Assembly: GCA_032654565.1 (NCBI GenBank)
Contig: JAULAX010000018.1
Location: forward strand, 224,001 to 288,000
DNA from: Anaeromyxobacteraceae bacterium
Lineage (GTDB): Bacteria > Myxococcota > Myxococcia > Myxococcales > Anaeromyxobacteraceae
Direction: 5' to 3'
Length of the DNA: 64,000 bases
Shown: positions 1 to 10,488 of the stretch, in pieces
How positions within the stretch are numbered: position 1 is the stretch's first letter
Layout of the letters: every line of letters starts with the position of its first letter
Program-made: the position numbers and the translations under genes
Notes under the pieces: model-generated
The model's database searches: none
What the model was told of the DNA's origin: nothing
What the model saw: the letters and a program-made list of their open reading frames with translations, nothing else

Positions 1-2
1 TG

Positions 3-1220
3 GTGACGCTGGGCTGCATCATGATGCGGGCCTGCCACCTCAACACCTGCCCGGTCGGGGTGGCCACCCAGGACCCCAAGCTGCGGGCCCGCTTCACCGG
101 CGACCCGGCCCACGTGGTCAACTTCATGCGCTTCATCGCCCAGGAGGTCCGCGAGTACATGGCCGAGCTGGGCTTCCGCACCGTCGAGGAGATGGTGGGG
201 CGCTCGGAGCGGATCGAGATGCGCCGGGCGGTGGACCACTGGAAGGCGCGCAACCTCGACTTCTCCCGCATCCTCCACAAGCCCACGGTGCCGCGCCACT
301 TCGGCCGCACCTGCTCCATCGCCCAGGACCACGGCGTGGAGCGCAGCCTCGACGCCACCACCCTGCTGCCGCTGGCCCGGCCGGCCATCGAGGAGGGGAA
401 GAAGGTGGAGGCCAGCCTGCCCATCCGCAACACCAACCGGGTGGTGGGGACCATGACCGGCTCGGAGGTGACGCGCCGCCACGGCGCCGCCGGCCTGCCG
501 CCCGGCACCATCACCTTCCGCTTCACCGGCTCGGCCGGCCAGTCCTTCGGCGCCTTCATCCCCCGCGGCCTGTCGCTGCTGCTGGAGGGCGACGCCAACG
601 ACTACCTCGGCAAGGGGCTCTCCGGCGGCACCCTGGCGGTCTTCCCGCCCGCCGCCGCCGGCTTCGTGGCCGAGGAGAACGTCATCATCGGCAACGTCGC
701 CCTCTACGGGGCCACCGCCGGCGAGGCCTACATCCGCGGCGTGGCCGGCGAGCGGTTCGCGGTGCGCAACTCCGGCGCCAGCGCGGTGGTGGAGGGGGTC
801 GGCGACCACGGCTGCGAGTACATGACCGGGGGCACGGTGGCGGTGCTGGGCCAGACCGGCCGCAACTTCGCCGCCGGCATGTCGGGCGGCGTCGCCTACG
901 TGTACGACCTCGACGGCAACTTCGCCGCCACCTGCAACACCGAGATGGCCGGGCTGGGGAAGGTGGAGGAGCCGGAGGAGGCGGGGGCCCTCAAGGCCCT
1001 CATCGAGCGCCACGTCGCCGCCACCGGCAGCGCGCTGGGCCGGCGGCTGCTGGCCGACTGGAAGGCCACGCTGTCCAAGTTCGTCCGGGTCATGCCGCAC
1101 GACTACCGGCGCATGCTGGAGTCGCAGCGGAAGCTGCGGGCCACCGGGCTGACGCAGGACGAGGCCGAGCTGGCGGCCTTCGAGATGAACGCGCTGGACC
1201 AGGCGCGGGCGGGGCACTGA
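3..1220 (+). CDS. gltB: Glutamate synthase large subunit, C-terminal part (5' truncated by window edge)
   Basis: [20 protein letters not shown] [3Fe-4S] motif and GXGXG-domain motifs ([25 protein letters not shown]); followed directly by gltD. Confidence 0.97.
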   Translation: MTLGCIMMRACHLNTCPVGVATQDPKLRARFTGDPAHVVNFMRFIAQEVREYMAELGFRTVEEMVGRSERIEMRRAVDHWKARNLDFSRILHKPTVPRHFGRTCSIAQDHGVERSLDATTLLPLARPAIEEGKKVEASLPIRNTNRVVGTMTGSEVTRRHGAAGLPPGTITFRFTGSAGQSFGAFIPRGLSLLLEGDANDYLGKGLSGGTLAVFPPAAAGFVAEENVIIGNVALYGATAGEAYIRGVAGERFAVRNSGASAVVEGVGDHGCEYMTGGTVAVLGQTGRNFAAGMSGGVAYVYDLDGNFAATCNTEMAGLGKVEEPEEAGALKALIERHVAATGSALGRRLLADWKATLSKFVRVMPHDYRRMLESQRKLRATGLTQDEAELAAFEMNALDQARAGH

Positions 1221-1223
1221 GCC

Positions 1224-2711
1224 ATGGGCAAGCCGACCGGATTCCTGGAGTACCAGCGCGAGCCGAAGCACGAGCGGGACCCGCTGGAGCGGATCAAGGA
1301 CTGGAGCGAGACCCACCCGGCCTGGGCCGAGGAGACGCTGCGCCAGCAGGGGGCGCGCTGCATGGACTGCGGCATCCCCTTCTGCCACACCGGCAAGCTG
1401 ATCGGCGGCATGGCCTCCGGCTGCCCCATCAACAACCTCATCCCGGAGTGGAACGACCTGGTCTACCGGGGGCAGTGGCGCGAGGCCTACATCCGCCTGG
1501 CCAAGACCAACAACTTCCCCGAGTTCACCGGGCGGGTCTGCCCGGCCCCCTGCGAGGGGAGCTGCACCTGCGCCCTCAACGGCGAGGCCGTCACCATCAA
1601 GTCCATCGAGGCCGAGATCATCGACCGGGCCTTCGCCGAGGGCTGGGTGGTGGCCGAGCCGCCGCCGGTCCGGACCGGCAAGCGGGTGGCGGTGGTCGGC
1701 TCCGGCCCGGCCGGCCTGGCCTGCGCCGCCCAGCTCAACCGGGCCGGGCACGTGGTCACGGTCTTCGAGCGGGCCGACCGCGTCGGCGGCCTGCTCATGT
1801 ACGGCATCCCCAACATGAAGCTGGACAAGGGGGTGGTGGAGCGGCGGGTCAAGCTGCTGGCCGACGAGGGGATCCGCTTCGTCACCTCCACCGAGATCGG
1901 GAAGCACATCACCGCCGACCGGCTGGTCAAGGACTACGAGGCGGTGGTGCTCTGCGGCGGCGCCACCGCCGGGCGGGACCTGGCCGTGGAGGGGCGCTCG
2001 CTCCAGGGCATCCACCTGGCCATGGAGTTCCTCCACCGCAACACCAGGAGCCTGCTCGACTCCGGCCTGGCCGACGGCCAGCACCTCTCCGCCACGGGGA
2101 AGCAGGTGGTGGTGATCGGCGGCGGCGACACCGGCACCGACTGCGTCGGCACCTCCCTGCGTCACCGGGCCCGCAGCGTCACCCAGCTGGAGATCCTGCC
2201 CCGCCCCCCGGAGCGGCGCGCCGCCGACAACCCGTGGCCGCAGTGGCCCAAGGTCTACAAGCTCGACTACGGGCAGGAGGAGGCCCGGGCGCTGCAGGGG
2301 GCCGACCCCCGCCAGTACGCGGTGCTCACCAGGAAGTTCATCGGCGACGACGCCGGCCGGGTGAAGGCGCTGCAGCTGGTCTCGGTGGAGTGGAAGAAGG
2401 GGGCCGACGGCCGCTTCGGGCCGCAGGAGGTGGCCGGCAGCGAGCGGACCATCCCCGCCGACCTGGTGCTGCTGGCGCTGGGGTTCACCGGCCCGGAGAA
2501 GACCGTGCCCGGCCAGCTCCAGTGCAAGCTCGACGAGCGCGGCAACGTCTGGACCGACGCCGACAAGATGACCAGCGTGCCGGGCATCTTCGCCGCCGGT
2601 GACATGGCCCGCGGCCAGTCGCTGGTGGTCTGGGCCATCCAGGAGGGGCGGGTGGCGGCGCAGTCGGTCGACCGCTTCCTCTCCCACGGCGAGACGGTGC
2701 TGCCGACCTGA
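1224..2711 (+). CDS. gltD: Glutamate synthase small subunit
   Basis: [10 protein letters not shown] start, [28 protein letters not shown] and GGGDTGTDC motifs. Confidence 0.97.
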   Translation: MGKPTGFLEYQREPKHERDPLERIKDWSETHPAWAEETLRQQGARCMDCGIPFCHTGKLIGGMASGCPINNLIPEWNDLVYRGQWREAYIRLAKTNNFPEFTGRVCPAPCEGSCTCALNGEAVTIKSIEAEIIDRAFAEGWVVAEPPPVRTGKRVAVVGSGPAGLACAAQLNRAGHVVTVFERADRVGGLLMYGIPNMKLDKGVVERRVKLLADEGIRFVTSTEIGKHITADRLVKDYEAVVLCGGATAGRDLAVEGRSLQGIHLAMEFLHRNTRSLLDSGLADGQHLSATGKQVVVIGGGDTGTDCVGTSLRHRARSVTQLEILPRPPERRAADNPWPQWPKVYKLDYGQEEARALQGADPRQYAVLTRKFIGDDAGRVKALQLVSVEWKKGADGRFGPQEVAGSERTIPADLVLLALGFTGPEKTVPGQLQCKLDERGNVWTDADKMTSVPGIFAAGDMARGQSLVVWAIQEGRVAAQSVDRFLSHGETVLPT

Positions 2712-2879
2712 GGAATGGCGCCGGTTGGCCCGGTCGGCCCAGATGGGCCGGCCCGTGGCCTGGCGTCACGGCCCGCCTGGGGCCTTGCCTTGAAGGGGGC
2801 TGGTCTCCTATGTCAAGGTCCGACCAACGCGGGGGGAGGCGAGATCGCCCAGCGGGTGCCGTCACCGGGGGGGGGGGGC

Positions 2880-3854
2880 ATGCAGCAGCTCGACGCGCAG
2901 AGGCGACCACGCCCGGGCGGGCCCTGGTCGGCGCGGGCGGCCGGGGCGCGGGTGGCCTGGTGGCACCGTCACGCCGCCCTGTCGTCGCTGGCCGTCGCCG
3001 TGGTCCTGGCGGCCTGCGCCCCGGACCCGCGCGCCAGCTACGCCCCGGTCTACGGTCCTGCCCGCCCGACGGCCGGGGGTATCTACCGCTTCGCCGTCCA
3101 TCCGCTCCACAACCCGCAGCGCCTCGCCGAGACCTATGGCCCCATCGTCGCCTACCTGAACCGGAGGCTGGGCGGGCCGATCCTCCAGCTGGAGGCGGCG
3201 CGCTCCTACGAGGAGTTCGAGAGCAAGCTCTACGGCCGGGCCTACGACCTGGCCCTCCCCAACCCGCACCAGACCATCCACGCCCTGCAGAGCGGGTACC
3301 GCCCCTTCGGGAAGATGGGCGACGACACCAGCTTCCGCGGCATCATCCTGGTGCGCCGGGACTCGGGGATCCTCGAGGTCGCGCAGCTCAAGGGGAAGGC
3401 GGTGGCCTTCCCGGCGCCGACGGCGCTGGCGGCCACCATGCTGCCGCTCTGGTTCCTCCACCACCACGGGCTGGACGCCAACCGCGACATCCAGCGCCGC
3501 TACGCCGGCTCCCAGGAGTCGTCGATCATGAGCGTCTACCTGGGCGAGACCGCGGCGGGCGCCACCTGGCCCGTCCCCTGGGAGGCGTTCCAGCGGAAGC
3601 GCCCCGACATCGCGGCGGCGCTGGTGGTCCGCTGGGAGACCGCGTCCCTCCTCAACAACAGCCTGGTGGCCCGCGATGACGTGCCGCCGGAGCTGGTGAA
3701 GCGGCTCGGGGAGCTCCTCTCCAGCCTGCACGAGACCGAGGAGGGCGCCCGGCTCCTGCAGGCCATCCCCATCTCCCGCTTCGAGCCGGCCAGCGCCCTG
3801 ACCTACGAGCCGGTGCGCGTCTTCCTCGACGCCTACGAGAAGGCCATCCAGTGA
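2880..3854 (+). CDS. PhnD/phosphate-phosphonate-type periplasmic substrate-binding lipoprotein (start uncertain: 2715, 2880 or about 2952)
   Basis: Lipobox VLAAC; FAVHPLHNP, FRGIILVRRDS, LKGKAVAFPAPTALAAT motifs typical of the PhnD-like SBP family; stop overlaps the kinase start. Confidence 0.75.
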   Translation: MQQLDAQRRPRPGGPWSARAAGARVAWWHRHAALSSLAVAVVLAACAPDPRASYAPVYGPARPTAGGIYRFAVHPLHNPQRLAETYGPIVAYLNRRLGGPILQLEAARSYEEFESKLYGRAYDLALPNPHQTIHALQSGYRPFGKMGDDTSFRGIILVRRDSGILEVAQLKGKAVAFPAPTALAATMLPLWFLHHHGLDANRDIQRRYAGSQESSIMSVYLGETAAGATWPVPWEAFQRKRPDIAAALVVRWETASLLNNSLVARDDVPPELVKRLGELLSSLHETEEGARLLQAIPISRFEPASALTYEPVRVFLDAYEKAIQ

Positions 3855-5866
3855 CCCCGGTGAGCGCCGCGGCTCCTGCAGCGGCCAGCCCACCCGTGCC
3901 GCCCGGCCCTCGGCCCGGCCGGCGGGGCTGGTGGCTGAGCCTCAGGGCCCAGCTGATCATCGGGGTGACCGGCGTCCACCTGCTCCTGGTGGCCGGGTTC
4001 ACCATCGAGGTGGTGAAGCGGCAGCAGGCCTTCCTCGCCGGCGAGGCCCATGACCAGGTCGAGGGGCTGGTCAGGCTGCTGGCCCTCAACTCCAGCTCCT
4101 GGGTGCTGGCCAACGATGGGGTCGGCCTCGGGGAGGTGGTCTCGGCGCACCGCGCCCAGCCCGGGCTCCGCTACGCCATGGTGGTCTCCCCCGAGGGCCG
4201 GGTGCTGGCTCACACCGACAGCGACCGCGTCGGCACCCAGCTGGTGGACCCGCCGAGCCAGCAGGTGCTCAGCGGGGAGGCCAGGTTTCAGGTGGTCCAC
4301 TCCGACGGGGCGCTGCTCGACATGGCCGGGCCGGTCCTCTCCAGTACCGGGGCCTGCGTGGCCTGGGTCCGGATCGGGCAGGGACAGGAGGCCATGACCC
4401 GGAACCTGGTCGCCGTCCAGCGCGCCGGGCTGGCCTTCGGCCTGGTGGCCACGCTCCTGGGAGCGGCGTTCGCCACCGCCATGGGGCACTGGCTCACCTC
4501 GCGCATCCGCAGCCTGCTGGCCGTCTCCCAGGGCGTCCGGGCCGGGCGGACCGACCTGCGGGCCAGGACCAGCGGGGGCGACGAGCTCGCCGAGCTCGGG
4601 GCAGGCATCGACGCCATGCTGGACGGGATCCAGGAGCGGGAACGGGAGAACGCCAGGCTGGAATCCGAGCTCATCCACTCCCAGCGGCTCGAGTCGGTCG
4701 GTCGGCTGGCCGGCGGCGTGGCGCACGACTTCAACAACCTGCTCACCGTCATCCTCGGGAATGCCGAGCTGCTCCAGGGAACGGTGCCGCAAGGGCCGCA
4801 GCAGGAAGGACTCATGGCGATCCTCGACGCCGGACGCCGGGCGACCGAGGTGGCGCGGGGCCTGCTGGTCTTCAGCCGCAAGCAGCTGGTGAGCCCGCGC
4901 CGCCTCGACCTGCGTGAGCTGGTGCGCGGGACGGACAAGCTGCTCTCCAGGCTCATCGGCGAGGACGTCCAGGTCATCCTGCGGGTCACCGAGGAGCCGG
5001 TCGAGATCGTGGGAAACCGGGGCCAGCTCGAGCAGGTGATCATGAACCTCGCCACCAACGCCAGGGATGCCATGCCCGGCGGCGGGCGGCTCACCATCGA
5101 GGTCTCGACGGTCGAGTTCCCGGAGGCCGAGGTGCGGGCCCGCGGCCTGCGAGGGCGGCGCCATGCGCTGGTCTCGGTGCAGGACGACGGCCGCGGCATG
5201 GACGCCGCGACCCAGGTCCGCATCTTCGACCCCTTCTTCACCACCAAGGAGGTCGGGAAGGGGACCGGCCTGGGGCTCTCCCTGGCCTACGGGATCCTCC
5301 GGCAGCACGGCGGGTTCATCGAGGTGACGAGCGCGCCCGGGAGCGGCACCACGTTCCGGCTCTACCTGCCGCTGGCGCCTCCTGCGAGCGGCGAGGCCGC
5401 GGCACCGGAAGCCGCGCCCGGGCTGGTGGACTCGCCGCCGGCCTCTGTGGACCAGGAGGCGGGGGAGGGGCGTCGCTCGCTCCAGGGCGGCGGCGGGGAG
5501 CTGATCCTGCTGGCCGAGGACGACGCCATGGTCCGGTCTTTCGGAGCCAGGGTGCTGCGCGGCGCCGGCTACCAGGTCCTCGAAGTCGCCGACGGCGAGG
5601 AGGCGGTGAGCCAGTTCCAGGCGCGACGCGCCGAGATCGCGCTCTGTGTCTTCGACCTGGTGATGCCGAAGCGCTCGGGCCGGGCGGCCTGGCGCGAGAT
5701 CGAGGCCCTGGGAACACCGTCGCGGATCCTCTTCGTGAGCGGGTACTCGCCGGAGATCAGCTTCGTCGAGATGTCGGCCCGCGAGGACGCCGCGCTCCTC
5801 CGCAAGCCCTACCTGGCGATCGAGCTGCTGGCGAGGGTCCGCGAGATGCTCGACGGGCCTCGCTAG
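3851..5866 (+). CDS. Hybrid sensor histidine kinase (TM-periplasmic-TM-HAMP-HisKA-HATPase-REC)
   Basis: H-box GGVAHDFNNLL, N-box QVIMNLATNARDAM, FDPFFTTK, GTGLGL, C-terminal receiver LLAEDD...DLVMP...KP. Confidence 0.92.
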   Translation: MTPVSAAAPAAASPPVPPGPRPGRRGWWLSLRAQLIIGVTGVHLLLVAGFTIEVVKRQQAFLAGEAHDQVEGLVRLLALNSSSWVLANDGVGLGEVVSAHRAQPGLRYAMVVSPEGRVLAHTDSDRVGTQLVDPPSQQVLSGEARFQVVHSDGALLDMAGPVLSSTGACVAWVRIGQGQEAMTRNLVAVQRAGLAFGLVATLLGAAFATAMGHWLTSRIRSLLAVSQGVRAGRTDLRARTSGGDELAELGAGIDAMLDGIQERERENARLESELIHSQRLESVGRLAGGVAHDFNNLLTVILGNAELLQGTVPQGPQQEGLMAILDAGRRATEVARGLLVFSRKQLVSPRRLDLRELVRGTDKLLSRLIGEDVQVILRVTEEPVEIVGNRGQLEQVIMNLATNARDAMPGGGRLTIEVSTVEFPEAEVRARGLRGRRHALVSVQDDGRGMDAATQVRIFDPFFTTKEVGKGTGLGLSLAYGILRQHGGFIEVTSAPGSGTTFRLYLPLAPPASGEAAAPEAAPGLVDSPPASVDQEAGEGRRSLQGGGGELILLAEDDAMVRSFGARVLRGAGYQVLEVADGEEAVSQFQARRAEIALCVFDLVMPKRSGRAAWREIEALGTPSRILFVSGYSPEISFVEMSAREDAALLRKPYLAIELLARVREMLDGPR

Positions 5867-5875
5867 TGCCCCGGT

Positions 5876-7303
5876 TCAGCCGGAGGGGTGGGACCGGGCC
5901 AGCAGCGGCGCGATGGCGGCGGCGTAGTAGCGCAGCACCGGCGCCTCGCCCGCCACCGTCACCCACCCACCGTCCCGCTCCTCCACCAGCCGCCGCTCCA
6001 CCAGCGTGCGCAGCCCCACCTCGATGGCGTAGGCCTCGTCCTCGCGCGGCAGGTAGACGTGGGCCCCGGTGGCACCGAGCCGCCGGATCAGGGCCTGGGT
6101 CCGGGCGTGCAGGTCGATGGTGGAGACCGGGGTCTCGCCGCCTCCCTCGAGCAGGGCGGTGCAGAGCAGCGACACCGGCAGGGCCGGGACCACCTGGGCC
6201 ACCGCCGCCATCAGCTGCGTGCCCAGCTCCTCCACCCGCGCCGCCCGCGCCTCCTTGGCCAGGGCGCGCCAGTCGACGCCGCGCGCCGCCGACCACTCGC
6301 GCATCGAGATGGGGGTCCCGAAGTTGACGCAGGCGTAGCCGAAGCGGTGCCAGCGCCCCAGCGACCAGAGCACCGCCTGGCGCAGGCCGAAGCGGGTGGC
6401 CGAGCCGGTGGTGGCCAGCAGCCCGCGAGGCGCCTCGCCGGCCGCCTGGGCCAGCAGCGCCCGGTCCTCCAGCACCCGGTCGTAGTTGATGCCCACCGGA
6501 ACGAAGCAGAGATCGCGCGGACCGGCCGGGTCGAAGGTGCGCAGCATGTAGTCGATGAGGCCGAGGCGGGCGGGCCGCAGCACCCCGTCGCGCGTCAGGC
6601 CGCCCTCGGGGAAGACCGCCTGCACCACGCCGGCCTCGGTGGCCATCTGGACGTAGCGCTCCAGCACCCGCCGGTAGATGGGGTCCTTGGAGTTGCGGCG
6701 GATGAAGTAGGCCCCCATGGAGCGGATCAGCGTCTGCAGCGGCCAGACCTGGGCCCACTCGCCGACCGCGTAGGAGAGGGCGGTCTTCTCCGCCGCCAGG
6801 TAGGCCACCAGCACGTAGTCCATGTTGGAGCGGTGGTTGACCACGAAGACCACGCTGGCCTTGGGGTCGACGCGCGAGAGCCCATCGTCGTCCTGGTAGC
6901 CGATGCGGACCCGGTAGAGCAGCCGGGCCACGGTGCGGGCGATGCGGTAGCCGATCTGGAAGTAGGCGTAGGGCTTGAAGGCCGGGACGATCTCGCTGGC
7001 GTAGCGGGCCACCCGGGCCTGGACCGCGGCGCGCGGCTCGCCCGAGTCGCGGGCGTGGGCGTCGACCGCCTCGAGCACCCGGGGATCGAAGGTGAGCCGG
7101 TCCACCAGCACCTCGCGGCGGGTCAGCTTGAAGGGCTGGATGTGGAGCCGGAGCCGGGAGTTGAGCCGGTCGATGACCACGTTGACCCTGCGGCGCAGGT
7201 ACCAGCGCAGGCCGGGGACCAGGAGCCGGTCGAGCAGCGCCACCACGGCGAGCGCCAGCAGGAGCAGCACTCCCCAGAGCGGCAGCGTCACGGTCTCTTC
7301 CAT
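5876..7303 (-). CDS. Glycerol-3-phosphate/1-acyl-G3P acyltransferase (PlsB-like)
   Basis: NHRSNMD (HX4D), GAYFIRR, FPEGGLTRDG, VPVGINYD acyltransferase blocks. Confidence 0.85.
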   Translation of the reverse strand: MEETVTLPLWGVLLLLALAVVALLDRLLVPGLRWYLRRRVNVVIDRLNSRLRLHIQPFKLTRREVLVDRLTFDPRVLEAVDAHARDSGEPRAAVQARVARYASEIVPAFKPYAYFQIGYRIARTVARLLYRVRIGYQDDDGLSRVDPKASVVFVVNHRSNMDYVLVAYLAAEKTALSYAVGEWAQVWPLQTLIRSMGAYFIRRNSKDPIYRRVLERYVQMATEAGVVQAVFPEGGLTRDGVLRPARLGLIDYMLRTFDPAGPRDLCFVPVGINYDRVLEDRALLAQAAGEAPRGLLATTGSATRFGLRQAVLWSLGRWHRFGYACVNFGTPISMREWSAARGVDWRALAKEARAARVEELGTQLMAAVAQVVPALPVSLLCTALLEGGGETPVSTIDLHARTQALIRRLGATGAHVYLPREDEAYAIEVGLRTLVERRLVEERDGGWVTVAGEAPVLRYYAAAIAPLLARSHPSG

Positions 7304-7439
7304 GCAGGGACCATAGCGGGGATCCGGCAGGGAATCCCGTCGCAGCGCGGCGTGGCGGCGCAGCCCACGCGGCCGATTTCAGGGGTGGCGGGCGCGGCCG
7401 CGGAGTAGGCTTCCGGCGGACCCAACCTCAGGAGCCGCC

Positions 7440-8237
7440 ATGCGCCGCACCCTCGTCCTCGCCATCCTCGCCGCCATGCCCTTCATGGAGGGGTGCCGCT
7501 GCCCGGTGGTCCAGTCCGGCCACCGCGGCATCGTCTTCAAGTCGCTCTCCGGCGGCACCTCCAAGGAGGTGGTGGGGGAGGGGCTGCACGTCATGCCGGT
7601 CTGGAACTCGGTGATCCCGTACGACACCCGGGTCCACGAGATGAAGGAGCAGCTGGCGGTCATCTCCTCCAACGGCCTGACCATGATCGTCGACGCCTCG
7701 ATCCGCTACCGGCCCAAGGAGGACGAGCTCTTCGAGCTGCAGACCAAGATCGGCCAGGACTACGACCAGAAGCTGATCGCGCCGGTGGTCCGCTCCGAGG
7801 CCCGCAAGGTCTTCGGCCGCTACCAGCCCGAGGAGATCTACTCGACCAAGCGCGAGGAGATCGAGCGGCAGATCTACGACGAGGTGCTCAAGGCGCTCAA
7901 CGGCAAGCACGTGGTGGTGGAGGCGGTGCTGGTGCGCGACGTGGCGCTGCCCGAGACCATCAAGACCGCCATCGCCGACAAGCTGGCCGAGGAGCAGCGC
8001 TCCCAGAAGATGAAGTTCACGCTCGACAAGGAGCGGCAGGAGGCCCAGCGCAAGCAGGTGGAGGCCGAGGGCATCGCCAAGTACCAGTCGATCGTCCGGC
8101 TCGGGCTCACCAACGAGTACCTGCAGTGGAAGGGGATCGAGGCCACCCAGGCGCTGGCGCTCAGCCCCAACACCAAGATCGTGGTGGTGGGGGGCGGCAA
8201 GAGCGGCCTGCCGGTGATCCTGCAGACCGACAAGTAG
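7440..8237 (+). CDS. SPFH/prohibitin family protein
   Basis: Band-7 domain pattern (VGEGLHVMPVW, VRSEARKVFGRY, alanine/glutamate-rich coiled coil, EYLQWKGIEA). Confidence 0.85.
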   Translation: MRRTLVLAILAAMPFMEGCRCPVVQSGHRGIVFKSLSGGTSKEVVGEGLHVMPVWNSVIPYDTRVHEMKEQLAVISSNGLTMIVDASIRYRPKEDELFELQTKIGQDYDQKLIAPVVRSEARKVFGRYQPEEIYSTKREEIERQIYDEVLKALNGKHVVVEAVLVRDVALPETIKTAIADKLAEEQRSQKMKFTLDKERQEAQRKQVEAEGIAKYQSIVRLGLTNEYLQWKGIEATQALALSPNTKIVVVGGGKSGLPVILQTDK

Positions 8238-8259
8238 GGGGCGGCGTGCCGACCGCGGC

Positions 8260-9840
8260 TCAGGCCCCGGCCACGGCGGCCGGGTCCAGGGTGACGCCGG
8301 CCCGCTCCAGCAGCGCCTTGAAGTCGGCCTTGGCCACCGCCTTCTGCCAGGCCTCCTGCGGCTCGACCACCTTGCGCTTCACCAGGTCGATGAGCGAGTC
8401 GTTGAGGGTGACCATCCCCTGGGCCCGCCCGGTCTGCATCATCGACGGGATCTGGAAGGTCTTCCCCTCGCGGATGAGGTTGGCCACGCCGGTGTTGCAG
8501 AGCAGGATCTCCAGCGCCGGCACCCGCCCGCCGCCGACCTTCTTGCACAGGGTCTGGGCGATGACCCCCTTGAGCGACTCGGAGAGCATCATCCGGATCT
8601 GCGCCTGCCGGTCGGAGGGGAACTGGTCGATGATCCGGTCCACCGTGGAGGGGGCGGTGTTGGTGTGCAGGGTGCCGAACACCAGGTGGCCGGTCTCGGC
8701 GGTCTCGATGGCGATGGCGATGGTCTCCAGGTCGCGCAGCTCGCCCACCAGCACCACGTCGGGGTCCTCGCGCAGCGCCGCCCGCAGCGCCGCCTTGAAG
8801 CCGCTGGTGTGGACCCCCACCTCGCGCTGGTTCACCAGGCAGCGCTTGTTGGGGTGGACGAACTCGATGGGGTCCTCGATGGTGACGATGTGGTCCTCGC
8901 GGTTGCGGTTGATGTAGTCGACCATGGCCGCCAGGGTGGTCGACTTGCCCGAGCCGGTGGGGCCGGTGACCAGCACCAGCCCCTTGCTGAGGAAGCAGAG
9001 GTCGAGCACCGGCCTGGACAGGCTCATCTTCTCGGCGGTGAGGATCTCGGTGGGGATCTGGCGGAGCACCGCGCCGATCCCCTTCCGGTCGCAGAAGACG
9101 TTGACGCGGAAGCGGGCCTGCGGGGTCTCGTGGGCGAAGTCGGTGTCCTTCCTGGCGTGCCACTCCTCGCGGTTCTTCTCCGGCGCCATCGACCAGAGCA
9201 GCTCCTTGAGCCGCTCTGGGCCGAGCGCGCCGTAGCTCGCCACCGCGGTCATGTCGCCGTCGATGCGCAGCATGGGCGGGCAGTCGCTGGTCAGGTGCAG
9301 GTCGGAGGCGCCACGCCGCACCATGGTCTCGAGCAGGGCCTCGAGCGCGGCGCGCGGGTCGGCGGGGGCGGGGATCTCGATGGCCGGCGGAGGCGGTGGC
9401 GCCGCCGGGGCGGGCGGGGCGACCGACGCTGCGGGCGCCGAGGGAGGGCGGGAGACCGCGGCCAGGAAGTCCAGGTCGAGCGCCGGCGTGCCGGCTGCCG
9501 GCGTGGGCGGGGCGCTGGAGGGCTTCACCGGCGTGCCGGTGGTCAAGGGCACCACCGTGGCCCGGGCCATGGCGCCGGCCAGCTCGAACCGGACCTTCAC
9601 CGGTCCGGCCGGGGCCAGGTAGTTGAAGACCGTCGGCCCGGGTCGCGGGAAGCCGGTCCGCTGGTCGTCCGGCACGATCTCGGCCACCGCCCCGACGATC
9701 TGCGCCGTGGTGAGCGCCTGCTTGATGGGCTGCTGCGTCCCCCGGGTGGTGACCAGGGTGGCCCCCTCGCCGGTGGCGAAGCTGAGCTGGCCGCGAGGAT
9801 CGGCGAGGAGGAGATCGATGATGGCGTCGAGTCGGGGCAT
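8260..9840 (-). CDS. pilT: Type IV pilus retraction ATPase PilT family with N-terminal extension
   Basis: ASDLHL, GPTGSGKSTT, TIEDPIE, ALREDPDVVLVGELRD, TGHLVFGTLH, ANLIRE motifs; ATG at 9840. Confidence 0.88.
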   Translation of the reverse strand: MPRLDAIIDLLLADPRGQLSFATGEGATLVTTRGTQQPIKQALTTAQIVGAVAEIVPDDQRTGFPRPGPTVFNYLAPAGPVKVRFELAGAMARATVVPLTTGTPVKPSSAPPTPAAGTPALDLDFLAAVSRPPSAPAASVAPPAPAAPPPPPAIEIPAPADPRAALEALLETMVRRGASDLHLTSDCPPMLRIDGDMTAVASYGALGPERLKELLWSMAPEKNREEWHARKDTDFAHETPQARFRVNVFCDRKGIGAVLRQIPTEILTAEKMSLSRPVLDLCFLSKGLVLVTGPTGSGKSTTLAAMVDYINRNREDHIVTIEDPIEFVHPNKRCLVNQREVGVHTSGFKAALRAALREDPDVVLVGELRDLETIAIAIETAETGHLVFGTLHTNTAPSTVDRIIDQFPSDRQAQIRMMLSESLKGVIAQTLCKKVGGGRVPALEILLCNTGVANLIREGKTFQIPSMMQTGRAQGMVTLNDSLIDLVKRKVVEPQEAWQKAVAKADFKALLERAGVTLDPAAVAGA

Positions 9841-9842
9841 GG

Positions 9843-10310
9843 TCAGTGGGGGATCAGCGTCACCAGGGCGACGTGGCATTTGTTGACGTAGGCCACCCGC
9901 GTCCCCTGCAGCAGCCGGAAGAACGGCGGCGGCTCGTTGAGCAGGTCGGCGAGGCGGGAGTGGTCCGGCGGGCGGACGAAGGAGACCAGCCCTCGCTGCA
10001 CCGTTCCGTCGGCCAGCTGGACGTCCACCTCGTACTCGGTGGGCAGGGTGACCGCGTCGTCGTCGGCGTCCTGGGCCTGGTCCACCCGCACCACCATCAC
10101 CCCCTTGCGGTTGAAGAAGGTCATGGCGCCGGCCTGCTCGTCCCAGGCCGGGAGGAAGTCCACCTCGCCGTTGAGCAGATCGAGCGGCCGCTCCGGGCCG
10201 TGGTGGTCGGGCGCGGCCTCGGCGAGGAAGAAGGCCATGTGCCGGACCGCTCCGCCGGGGAGCACCACCTCGACGACGGTCTTGTGCTTGGGGACCCTCA
10301 GATCGCTCAT
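9843..10310 (-). CDS. Hypothetical protein with two internal repeats, co-oriented with pilT
   Basis: Codon-biased ORF ending 2 nt before the pilT start; duplicated R-x-x-DLLN...F(L/F)...(F/V)N motif. Confidence 0.65.
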   Translation of the reverse strand: MSDLRVPKHKTVVEVVLPGGAVRHMAFFLAEAAPDHHGPERPLDLLNGEVDFLPAWDEQAGAMTFFNRKGVMVVRVDQAQDADDDAVTLPTEYEVDVQLADGTVQRGLVSFVRPPDHSRLADLLNEPPPFFRLLQGTRVAYVNKCHVALVTLIPH

Positions 10311-10488
10311 CAGGTCCAGGGTGCTGCGAAGCGCGTGCCCACCGAGCCTCAACGGTCGCGGGGCGATGTCGCGCGGGTCCGGCGACCCGGGGTGGTGGCC
10401 GACCCGGCGGGGCGACCCGGCGACCAGGTGCCCGTGGCGAAGGGGTCAGGTGTCAACGAGGCAGACACCCTGCACGAAAGGCCCACCC

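Noticed and set aside
10380..10488. Riboswitch (c-di-GMP-type) upstream of the DUF5666-like gene
   Set aside because: Only a short hairpin and CGACCCGG repeats; the conserved aptamer motifs were not found by eye
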